From an uncultured virus (IMG/VR IMGVR_UViG_3300042520_003480) (Duplodnaviria; Heunggongvirae; Uroviricota; Caudoviricetes): a stretch of DNA of 63,329 nucleotides. The first letter of the stretch is position 1. Each line of letters opens with the position of its first letter. The stretch is taken from the IMG/VR virus record IMGVR_UViG_3300042520_003480. One strand, given 5' to 3'. A model generated the notes under the pieces. The model saw only the letters and a program-made list of their open reading frames with translations, did no database searches and had not been told where the DNA came from. Shown in pieces: positions 39,370-46,738 of the stretch. Made by a program: the position numbers and the translations under genes.

Positions 39370-39445
39370 TGGTAGCGACGCTGGGACTCGAACCCAGTTT
39401 GTGTGCTTATGAGACACACCAGACCACCTGGCCTAGCCCATCGCA
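39370..39445 (-). tRNA. tRNA with CAU anticodon (Met/Ile2), atypical
   Basis: CT-CAT-AA, a normal T-arm and CCA; U1:U72 mismatch and a non-standard D-arm. Confidence 0.8.
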
Positions 39446-39457
39446 ATATGAAATTAT

Positions 39458-39604
39458 TTATGCCCATCCAATAAAATTACTATCTGTTTTTTTGTTGGAT
39501 TGGTCAACAGCTTTTTTCTTTTCTTCTTCTTTTTTCTTTTGCTGTTCTTTCTTAAAGTGATCTTTGAAAGGCATGTATGCAGAGGTTGTTTTTTCTACTT
39601 TCAT
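39458..39604 (-). CDS. small Lys/Glu-rich hypothetical protein
   Basis: Hand-translated MKVEKTTSAY...NFIGWA, between tRNAs. Confidence 0.45.
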   Translation of the reverse strand: MKVEKTTSAYMPFKDHFKKEQQKKKEEEKKKAVDQSNKKTDSNFIGWA

Positions 39605-39620
39605 TTAATGAAATTAATTA

Positions 39621-39695
39621 TGGCATCTCCAAGGGGATTTGAACCCCTACTCCCACCGTGAAAGGGTAGTGTGCTAACCATTACACTATGGAGAC
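39621..39695 (-). tRNA. tRNA-Glu(UUC)
   Basis: Cloverleaf with CT-TTC-AC and CCA. Confidence 0.93.
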
Positions 39696-39698
39696 AGA

Positions 39699-39775
39699 TG
39701 GTAGACCTGGTTGGATTCGAACCAACGACCCGCGCGTTATCAACACGCTGCTCTAACCAACTGAGCTACAAGTCT
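39699..39775 (-). tRNA. tRNA-Ile(GAU)
   Basis: Cloverleaf with TT-GAT-AA and CCA. Confidence 0.95.
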
Positions 39776-39787
39776 GTAATTGCTTAT

Positions 39788-39964
39788 TTATGGAAGTTCT
39801 ATAACAGCTTCTTCTGGATTTAAGATATCTTTGATTTCATCTTGAATCCGTCTAATTTCAACATTATATGCTTTTACAAACGCTTTCTTGCGCTTCTTAA
39901 TGTCTTCTAGCTCTTGGCAGAGTTGAAATACTTTTGCTTCTGTTGTGTTTGTGGTTTGTGTCAT
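39788..39964 (-). CDS. small coiled-coil hypothetical protein
   Basis: Hand-translated MTQTTNTTEAKVFQLCQELEDIKKRKK...VIELP. Confidence 0.55.
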   Translation of the reverse strand: MTQTTNTTEAKVFQLCQELEDIKKRKKAFVKAYNVEIRRIQDEIKDILNPEEAVIELP

Positions 39965-39979
39965 ATTTGTATTATTAAA

Positions 39980-40065
39980 TGGTGGGCAGAACTGGATTCG
40001 AACCAGTGAAGGCGTAAGCCAGCGGATTTACAGTCCGCCCCGTTTGGCCACTTCGGTATCTACCC
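39980..40065 (-). tRNA. tRNA-Tyr(GUA)
   Basis: CT-GTA-AA, long variable arm and CCA. Confidence 0.95.
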
Positions 40066-40073
40066 ATTAAAAT

Positions 40074-40159
40074 TGGTACTCGAGGTGGGACTCGAACCCA
40101 CACGGTATTACTACCAACGGATTTTAAGTCCGTTGCGGCTGCCATTACGCCACTCGAGC
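40074..40159 (-). tRNA. tRNA-Leu(UAA)
   Basis: CT-TAA-AA, long variable arm and CCA. Confidence 0.95.
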
Positions 40160-40162
40160 ATT

Positions 40163-40236
40163 TCGGAATAGAAGGATTTGAACCTTCGGCCTTCTGGTCC
40201 CAAACCAGACGCTCTACCAAGCTAAGCTATATTCCG
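40163..40236 (-). tRNA. tRNA-Pro(UGG)
   Basis: TT-TGG-GA; acceptor stem CGGAATA/TATTCCG. Confidence 0.95.
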
Positions 40237-40247
40237 GTTTAGTCATT

Positions 40248-40541
40248 TCAAAAATTATTCAAGTATTCTGGATGAGCTTGAAACAAGCTACTAAGGGCTC
40301 TTCCAAGAGCAATGCTGTTTCCAGTTTTTTTGCTAAAATTATCTTCGACAGAGCAAACAGCTTTTCCAATAATGTGGTGTTGTTTATCTGGAGTAGAGAC
40401 TTCGATCGTCGTCGATCCCCCACGAGCTGAGTTTTCAAAATACTGCTCTCCTCCAAATTTTTTTATACTTACTTGGTATCGGTTATGCATTACTCGTACT
40501 TTATAACCTTTCTGTCGAAGTTGCTTAATAGTGAATTGCAT
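40248..40541 (-). CDS. hypothetical phage protein
   Basis: Clean ORF with a TTGACT..TATTAT promoter upstream. Confidence 0.7.
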   Translation of the reverse strand: MQFTIKQLRQKGYKVRVMHNRYQVSIKKFGGEQYFENSARGGSTTIEVSTPDKQHHIIGKAVCSVEDNFSKKTGNSIALGRALSSLFQAHPEYLNNF

Positions 40542-40586
40542 GTGTTGTATAATACCTAAAAATAAAATTTAGTCAAACAAAAAATT

Positions 40587-40672
40587 CGGACAGAGTAGGA
40601 TTCGAACCCACGGTACCTTTCGGTACTTCTGATTTCAAGTCAGACGCCTTAGGCCAACTCAGCCATCTGTCC
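40587..40672 (-). tRNA. tRNA-Ser(UGA)
   Basis: CT-TGA-AA, long variable arm and G73. Confidence 0.95.
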
Positions 40673-40680
40673 TTATAGAA

Positions 40681-40770
40681 TGGCGGAACGAGAAGGATTT
40701 GAACCTTCGGAGGTTTTTAGGCCTCGGAGCTTTAGCAAAGCTCTGCCTTAAGCCACTCAGCCATCGTTCC
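40681..40770 (-). tRNA. tRNA-Ser(GCU)
   Basis: TT-GCT-AA, long variable arm and GCCA. Confidence 0.95.
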
Positions 40771-40775
40771 AAAAA

Positions 40776-41229
40776 TGGTGGAGGCGAGGGGAGTTGAACC
40801 CCTGTCTTTATAATTTACATTAAAAGGTCTTCACATGCTTGAGTACATTTAACATTTCAGCTACCCTACGGTAACGGAGACAACAGGTTGTTTGGCTGCA
40901 CTAACCGAGTTTTATGTCTACCTATATGCGTGATTAAAGACCGCATATCACCTATGACTAATTTTACCACACTAGTCACCTCGTGCACGAACCTCTATTG
41001 TTCAAAGTAGATTTAGAGGATCCTCTACTAGGCTCTTAGGCTGCGAGAGCGTAGTCTTCAACGCCAGCGAGGAACTCGTCAGCATTGTTGAAGATATACT
41101 CGGCCTCAGCTAAGAGGTCAGAAGTGTTGTCTTCTGCGTTTAGTTTTTGATCTGCTTTTAACGTGGCCAACAGATCAACCACGGCATGCGCTTTTAATTC
41201 CGACTATAAATCGAAACCAGTACGCCCCC
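40776..41229 (-). ncRNA. ssrA: tmRNA
   Basis: 5' GGGGGCG..GGTTTCGA; 3' GGGGTTCAACTCCCC-TCGCCTCC-ACCA with a G3:U70 pair; tag ORF 41137-41036 ending YALAA*. Confidence 0.95.
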
Positions 41230-41244
41230 AAATTTCAAAGATCG

Positions 41245-41395
41245 TTACCACTGATTTGCATCGCTGGCTCAATGGTCAAGCCTCTGTAATGTTTCTACCT
41301 CTGGTAGAAGTTAAGGTGAGACGTTTACCCGCGACGTCTCAGGACTAAACAACCCTTTATCAGTGGGTCGCGGCTCGTTTTCATGCTTAGCCCTT
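41245..41395 (-). ncRNA. candidate structured RNA between the RNA ligase gene and tmRNA
   Basis: CCACTGAT/ATCAGTGG closing helix, three internal hairpins and a possible pseudoknot. Confidence 0.55.
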
Positions 41396-41405
41396 TTAGT
41401 ATTTA

Positions 41406-42410
41406 TTATGTATCTTTATAATTTCGATTTAATATTTTAAATCCAAACGGACGACGACTATAAGGCGACCGTGGGTATCCCGTTGGTCGAACTACTATGC
41501 CTTCAGCAAAGCTTTTATCTGGAAGTGTTTGTTGATCAGCCAGCTCTTGTAATTTTGAGAGAGCTGTATCATTATCACAACCAACAAATGAACATTCAGC
41601 AATAAAAGGTACAACATTGCACTTCATTTCAACGTTACAAAACCCTTTCATTTCTTGAAAGTTCATATAGCTACCGTCCTGCTTTTTAATTTGGAATACA
41701 AATATCTGAGGTTCGGATAATTTGAGTGTATTACGTTGAATACCGGGTCCGCAAAGCTCTCCTTGAATAACTCCGTTAAATCCGGGTAAGATAGAAAGTT
41801 TTTTTGCAGCATTCCAAAAAGCACTATTGTTTGTATCTTTCTTAGAAAGATTTCGAGAACAAACTTGAGTAATAATTCCATCCTCAACAACAATGGTACA
41901 ACTAGATCCATCCAACTTTTGTGTAATTGTTACTTGATGTTTGATGATTTCCTCTACTAATTTAGGATCAGACAAGCCATTATCTTCATCAGTTTTTGGT
42001 GCCAATTGAGATGGAAAGTCCCCAATGTTTTCTCCAGCAATATTGGCTGGAATTTCCTTTACGTATTTTTGAATGCCTATTAGTTCGGTCAGATCCTCTC
42101 CAACTTCCATGTCAGCAAAACGTGGAGGAAATTCGCTCAAAGGAATAACTAGTCCTGCCGAATGTTCTCCTCTTAGTTTAATCATTTTTAGCCGAATTGG
42201 CTTATCTGGATTGTTTTTGTCAGCCAAGAAATCGGTCCACGGATATCTTGGAATAATTGTGTCGATTGTAATAAAAAGAATCTTGTCCCCTTCTTTGTGT
42301 ACTCCAGATTTAACGATTGTTTGCCATCCTAAGACTTGAGCAATTTCGAGACTGTCAGCATTTGAGTGTGGTTTAATAGATTTGATTACTTCAATCGATG
42401 CTAATTTCAT
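41406..42410 (-). CDS. RNA ligase (DRB0094/Rnl5-type)
   Basis: N-terminal HSNADSLE..V.GWQ domain; motif I TQKLDGSS, QGELCG, EGIVVR and FK. Confidence 0.88.
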   Translation of the reverse strand: MKLASIEVIKSIKPHSNADSLEIAQVLGWQTIVKSGVHKEGDKILFITIDTIIPRYPWTDFLADKNNPDKPIRLKMIKLRGEHSAGLVIPLSEFPPRFADMEVGEDLTELIGIQKYVKEIPANIAGENIGDFPSQLAPKTDEDNGLSDPKLVEEIIKHQVTITQKLDGSSCTIVVEDGIITQVCSRNLSKKDTNNSAFWNAAKKLSILPGFNGVIQGELCGPGIQRNTLKLSEPQIFVFQIKKQDGSYMNFQEMKGFCNVEMKCNVVPFIAECSFVGCDNDTALSKLQELADQQTLPDKSFAEGIVVRPTGYPRSPYSRRPFGFKILNRNYKDT

Positions 42411-42450
42411 ACAATTACTTTCTAATAATAAAAGTGGACAGTCAACTTGT

Positions 42451-42666
42451 TTATCGTTTAGTGACTTTAACTACAGGAACTCCATGGAGAGTCAACAACA
42501 AGACCCAGCACGCTACCCAGTTCCAAAATGTGTAAGCAATAGTAAAACCAAATAACGTATTCAATGCCCATATTGTTGCAAACGGTATAGATAAAATTAC
42601 ACAAACAGCAACAGTAAAGAGTACAGTAATAGCTATAATACCAAAAATTAACATTGTAGTTTTCAT
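42451..42666 (-). CDS. small membrane protein
   Basis: Two hydrophobic segments. Confidence 0.65.
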   Translation of the reverse strand: MKTTMLIFGIIAITVLFTVAVCVILSIPFATIWALNTLFGFTIAYTFWNWVACWVLLLTLHGVPVVKVTKR

Positions 42667-42672
42667 ATTTAA

Positions 42673-43137
42673 TTACAGGAACTTGAGGGTTTGACCCACA
42701 GCAATTTTGTTTGGATCTTTGATGTTGTTTAACTTCAACAACTTATCGACATTCAGTTTATATTTTTTGGAAATGCTATAGACGGTGTCTCCTTGTTTAA
42801 CCAAATACGAATTGGTAAGATTGCCAACAACTGGTCGTTGTTGTTCTGGTTGTTTAATTTGAACAGGCAACGTTTGAGGAGAGGTCTGTGGCTCTGGTTG
42901 TTTCTCAAAAATAGATTCATTTTGTTTAGGGACGTCTTGATTTAACTTTCCTGTATTTTCACTAGAAGCATATGTTGTTATTACAGCAGCTAGAGCAATG
43001 TGAGCAAGGGCAACAACGAGAATTGTTTTACCAAAAAATTTTCTTGAGGAGTTTTTTGGTGGCTTTTCTTGTTCGATGTCTCGAAAGAGAGCATCTTCTT
43101 CTGGCGTGACATCGATGTGGTATTTTGTGTTTTTCAT
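42673..43137 (-). CDS. membrane-anchored LysM domain protein
   Basis: A TM helix, then YLVKQGDTVYSISKKY...LNNIKDPNKIAVGQTL. Confidence 0.88.
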   Translation of the reverse strand: MKNTKYHIDVTPEEDALFRDIEQEKPPKNSSRKFFGKTILVVALAHIALAAVITTYASSENTGKLNQDVPKQNESIFEKQPEPQTSPQTLPVQIKQPEQQRPVVGNLTNSYLVKQGDTVYSISKKYKLNVDKLLKLNNIKDPNKIAVGQTLKFL

Positions 43138-43253
43138 ATATCTAAATTTTCAACCAAATATTCATAAATCAACATTAAATATTTTTTGCATAAATATATG
43201 ATTGATCATCAATCAGTTGATAATTTAAAAAAAATCCTTTAAATACAAACACC

Positions 43254-43661
43254 ATGTTTAGCACTTTAAATAAAATATTCGGTTTCAACAAAGCAACAAC
43301 AGAGCCGGAAGAAGTTGTGGTTGAACAGGAAGTAACAAAAGCAAGTAAAGAGAAAGAATTGTTCATAGCTCAAGAAGATTTTGTGGCAATTTTAAAAGAG
43401 CGCATATTCAATGGGTATGGAAGAAGGTTGGAAACAGTTTCTTTTAGCGAAGGATCTACTCAGCATATCTCGTTCACCTATGATTTTTTTCCAGCAAACT
43501 TGTGTTTGGTGTCTGCTGGAACCGTAGAGCTTTTTGGAGAAAAACTAACAACAATCGAAAGTAAATTGTTGCCTCTAACTCTGAGCTCTTTAGATGCAGT
43601 AGAAAAAGAATTTGCATTAAAAGTTGAAAGCATCAAACAAAGACCAAAGAAGAAAAGTTAA
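43254..43661 (+). CDS. hypothetical protein
   Basis: ORF with TAAATA upstream. Confidence 0.7.
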   Translation: MFSTLNKIFGFNKATTEPEEVVVEQEVTKASKEKELFIAQEDFVAILKERIFNGYGRRLETVSFSEGSTQHISFTYDFFPANLCLVSAGTVELFGEKLTTIESKLLPLTLSSLDAVEKEFALKVESIKQRPKKKS

Positions 43662-43957
43662 TAAGCAACCAACTCTGATGGAATTTGGGAAAAGTCCGTT
43701 GGTGTTGTAGTTTGATCAACAAATGCAATTACATCATCGAGAGGCTGTTCGTTTGGTAAATAAAAAGGCCGTTGATAGGTAGGGGAGTGACTATATTGGG
43801 AATATGCATTAGGAGACTTTTTGGAAAACGGACCAGGTAGGGCTACCGCACTTCCGTCTCCACTAATGGTTACAGAAGGACTGTATGTATAGTTTTTTGG
43901 ATAAGTCGTGCAGCCAACAAGGGTTACAGACATCAAAAGGGAAATGTATTTTTTCAT
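43658..43957 (-). CDS. putative lipoprotein
   Basis: Lipobox MKKYISLLMSVTLVGC. Confidence 0.7.
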   Translation of the reverse strand: MKKYISLLMSVTLVGCTTYPKNYTYSPSVTISGDGSAVALPGPFSKKSPNAYSQYSHSPTYQRPFYLPNEQPLDDVIAFVDQTTTPTDFSQIPSELVAY

Positions 43958-43961
43958 ATTA

Positions 43962-44264
43962 TTACCAAGTACGAGGAACGATTACTCGACCACGGGCACC
44001 CCGATCAACAATGATTGGAGCACTACTGTAGTTTAGATACCTTCTGTTACAGGAATATCCAGGATCGTATGTCTTGTAGTATTGAGGTCCAACGTATGTT
44101 ACTTGCCGTTGATGTTGTGCTGGACGATAAGGCATCGTGTTAATGGCATAACCGTAACTTGCTCTTGGAGTATAACCATATCCAGCCGAATAATGACCAT
44201 CAGCAACGCATCCGGTTGTTAGCATTGAAGTAGTGACAACAATTAATGTTATTAGTGTTTTCAT
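43962..44264 (-). CDS. putative Tyr-rich lipoprotein
   Basis: Lipobox MKTLITLIVVTTSMLTTGC. Confidence 0.7.
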   Translation of the reverse strand: MKTLITLIVVTTSMLTTGCVADGHYSAGYGYTPRASYGYAINTMPYRPAQHQRQVTYVGPQYYKTYDPGYSCNRRYLNYSSAPIIVDRGARGRVIVPRTW

Positions 44265-44298
44265 TCTTTAAATATGCTATATTTGATTTGAGGACACG

Positions 44299-44541
44299 TC
44301 AACTTTTTTTATACTTGCTACCGTAAAAAAAGTTGATAGCTCGATTATTTTGGGACCAGTTAAAAAAGTACTCTTTGTGTTTGCTGAACAGAGCATAACA
44401 ACTATCTTCTGATGAATTGTCATTTCTGTAGCTCTTGCATATTAAACGAATATCCGAATGATCAATTTCTTCCAAAGGCAATTCATCCATAAAAATCTTA
44501 TAGATCAATTTTAATTGTTCTAATCCTTCTTTGTTGTTCAT
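44299..44541 (-). CDS. hypothetical protein
   Basis: Likely start MNNKEG. Confidence 0.55.
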   Translation of the reverse strand: MNNKEGLEQLKLIYKIFMDELPLEEIDHSDIRLICKSYRNDNSSEDSCYALFSKHKEYFFNWSQNNRAINFFYGSKYKKS

Positions 44542-44582
44542 GTGTTTGAGCCAGCGTACATTTGACTTCAAACAAATCTACT

Positions 44583-45788
44583 CTAAAAAATACCATCAAG
44601 TTCAGGCAAGTCTTTTCTCAAATCTCTATACTTTCCTTCTTCTTCAAACGCTTTTTTTATTTTATCTTCGAGGTGAGCAAGATTGGTATAACCAAGACCT
44701 AAGTTTATGTTTCCTGTGACTTCAGGAGCTCCTTTAACTCGCTCTGGTTTTGTTAACAACCCACCATATACACTAAAATCTCCAATAATCTTTTTAGGAC
44801 AACCTTCTAAATTTTCTTGTTTGCTTAATGCTGCGACTCCAAACCTTCCAGTCTTAAAAGTAAACGTAAACGGTTTTAAAAAACTAGGATCGTCCAGTTT
44901 ACTCAAATCTACCTCGAAGGGCATTTCCGTAGTATAATGATCTCCTGATACGACTCCGTTATACTTCATGAAATCTTGAATAAATTCGTTTGTAACGGTT
45001 TTTGCGTTCTTATATTTGTCAAAAGTAATGTACGCTCCTCTGTATGACTCCGCATCCATGTACCCTCCAGAGCCAGGCTTTGGCTTGCCTCTTAAACTTT
45101 CTATTAAATACTTGATTGTAAAACCTGCGTGTTCATAATTGTTTGCATCTTTGTCTTTATATGATGTGTACCCATCTCCTTCTAAATGTGAATGCATAAC
45201 ATGATAATATGGTCCTATCAAAATATAATCTTGAAGACGTTTGCTTTTTTTGACGTTCTTTCTAACTAATCTGTGTTCTGGATTAGTTTTTGACTGACCT
45301 AAAATAAAATAAACACTTTCGGTAAAATCATCTTTATTTTTTTCTGCTAACTGCTCATCTATAAGTGGCTGTTCATACCATTCAAAATTAAACGGAGCAG
45401 CTGTAAGATATTGCTTGAGAAGCTTTTCGTTTGCAGGTTGTGTCTGGTAATCAGTCCTAGCTTTCTTTTGAACCCTCATTGCTAGATCCTTTACTTCCGG
45501 TTTTGCATTAACAACACCCTCATATTTTTTTGCTGTCTCTCTGTTATCAAAAGGTCCAGCTAAAATAGTTGCCATGAACGCCTCCTTCTCTCCGTTATCA
45601 AATTCTAGCAAGTACTTTGAGTATGAACCAGGAACCGTTTTATATCCAACTACTTTTCCGGTCATTCCTTGAAATTTATAGGAACGTTTTGGTTGAGGGT
45701 TGTAGTAGCTTAGCTTCTTCGTAACGACTGCATATTCTCCGTTTTGAAAAGGAGCGCGAGTACCAGGCTGGGTGTAATCTTCAAACAT
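44583..45788 (-). CDS. PELxGIF-tagged protein with an N-terminal SH3/KOW-like domain
   Basis: Ends DLPELDGIF; N-terminus resembles 53023..53340. Confidence 0.85.
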   Translation of the reverse strand: MFEDYTQPGTRAPFQNGEYAVVTKKLSYYNPQPKRSYKFQGMTGKVVGYKTVPGSYSKYLLEFDNGEKEAFMATILAGPFDNRETAKKYEGVVNAKPEVKDLAMRVQKKARTDYQTQPANEKLLKQYLTAAPFNFEWYEQPLIDEQLAEKNKDDFTESVYFILGQSKTNPEHRLVRKNVKKSKRLQDYILIGPYYHVMHSHLEGDGYTSYKDKDANNYEHAGFTIKYLIESLRGKPKPGSGGYMDAESYRGAYITFDKYKNAKTVTNEFIQDFMKYNGVVSGDHYTTEMPFEVDLSKLDDPSFLKPFTFTFKTGRFGVAALSKQENLEGCPKKIIGDFSVYGGLLTKPERVKGAPEVTGNINLGLGYTNLAHLEDKIKKAFEEEGKYRDLRKDLPELDGIF

Positions 45789-45801
45789 ATCTTTAATTAT
45801 T

Positions 45802-46167
45802 TTAAAATATTCCTTCTAGTTCCGGAAGCTTTTTAATAAGCTCGTCAAAGTCTGGCTCTAGTGTTATCCGTACGTCCGTTTTGTCAATGTGTTGTTGAAG
45901 TGATGAATTATTAAATGCTTTTTCAATTGTTGTCATTATAAGTTCTTTAAGTTTATCCACATTTGTGTTAAGATCTTCTTCTTTGATATCATAAACAACG
46001 AGAACAGGTCCCTTGTTGGGTGCTTTAATAATTTTATGGCGAAATTTAAATCGTTCTATAAATTTTTGAATAAGAGTCATGCCAAAAATATTTTCTAGCC
46101 AGACTTGGGAGAACTCAGGAGCTTTTACTATTGATGGATAGCTTATTTGTAATTTAAACGTTTTCAT
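45802..46167 (-). CDS. PELxGIF-tagged hypothetical protein
   Basis: Ends KLPELEGIF. Confidence 0.85.
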   Translation of the reverse strand: MKTFKLQISYPSIVKAPEFSQVWLENIFGMTLIQKFIERFKFRHKIIKAPNKGPVLVVYDIKEEDLNTNVDKLKELIMTTIEKAFNNSSLQQHIDKTDVRITLEPDFDELIKKLPELEGIF

Positions 46168-46737
46168 TTAAAATATTCCTTCTAGTTCTGGCAACTTATT
46201 AACCATTTGTTGCATTTTAATTCTTTCTTCTCTCCACTCAAGATAATCCTCTTTAAACAGCGTTCCTTTGCCAACATTTAGCATAACATGCTTAAGTCTG
46301 TTCTTGAGTTGCTCTTGAAGAAAGTTTGAAATTTCATCAGGATAACATTTTTTGTAAACCGTTTTCATATTATTATAATCAAATCCGGAACCCCCAATAA
46401 ACAATTGTCCTTCATCTTCTCTAAGGCCACATTGCATAAAATCGTTCCATACGTGTTTAATAGCTACTGTATATCCAGCATCAAAATCATCAATTATTTT
46501 ATTCTCACGGAAAAACATTACTATACCTCTATTCCATGCAGTAAGCGAATCTGCACGAACTCTCGCAAAAATATTATATTTTTGCATTTTTTTGTCGCTA
46601 ATGTCGTATATAGAAGCGGTACGCAAAACCTTCATCATATTCAAAATGTCTGATTCATTTTTTACAAAAACAGCTTGAATACCATCGGAGATGTCTTTGA
46701 ATAACTTTTCTTCTTCTTTTAAGAATTTAAATTCCAT
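46168..46737 (-). CDS. PELxGIF-tagged hypothetical protein
   Basis: Ends KLPELEGIF. Confidence 0.85.
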   Translation of the reverse strand: MEFKFLKEEEKLFKDISDGIQAVFVKNESDILNMMKVLRTASIYDISDKKMQKYNIFARVRADSLTAWNRGIVMFFRENKIIDDFDAGYTVAIKHVWNDFMQCGLREDEGQLFIGGSGFDYNNMKTVYKKCYPDEISNFLQEQLKNRLKHVMLNVGKGTLFKEDYLEWREERIKMQQMVNKLPELEGIF

Positions 46738-46738
46738 A

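Noticed and set aside
39178..40220. ORFs 39178..39375, 39183..39467, 39357..39560 and 39975..40220
   Set aside because: They are shadows of tRNA genes.
41163..41348. 61-aa plus-strand ORF
   Set aside because: It is antisense to the tmRNA 5' end and the upstream structured region.
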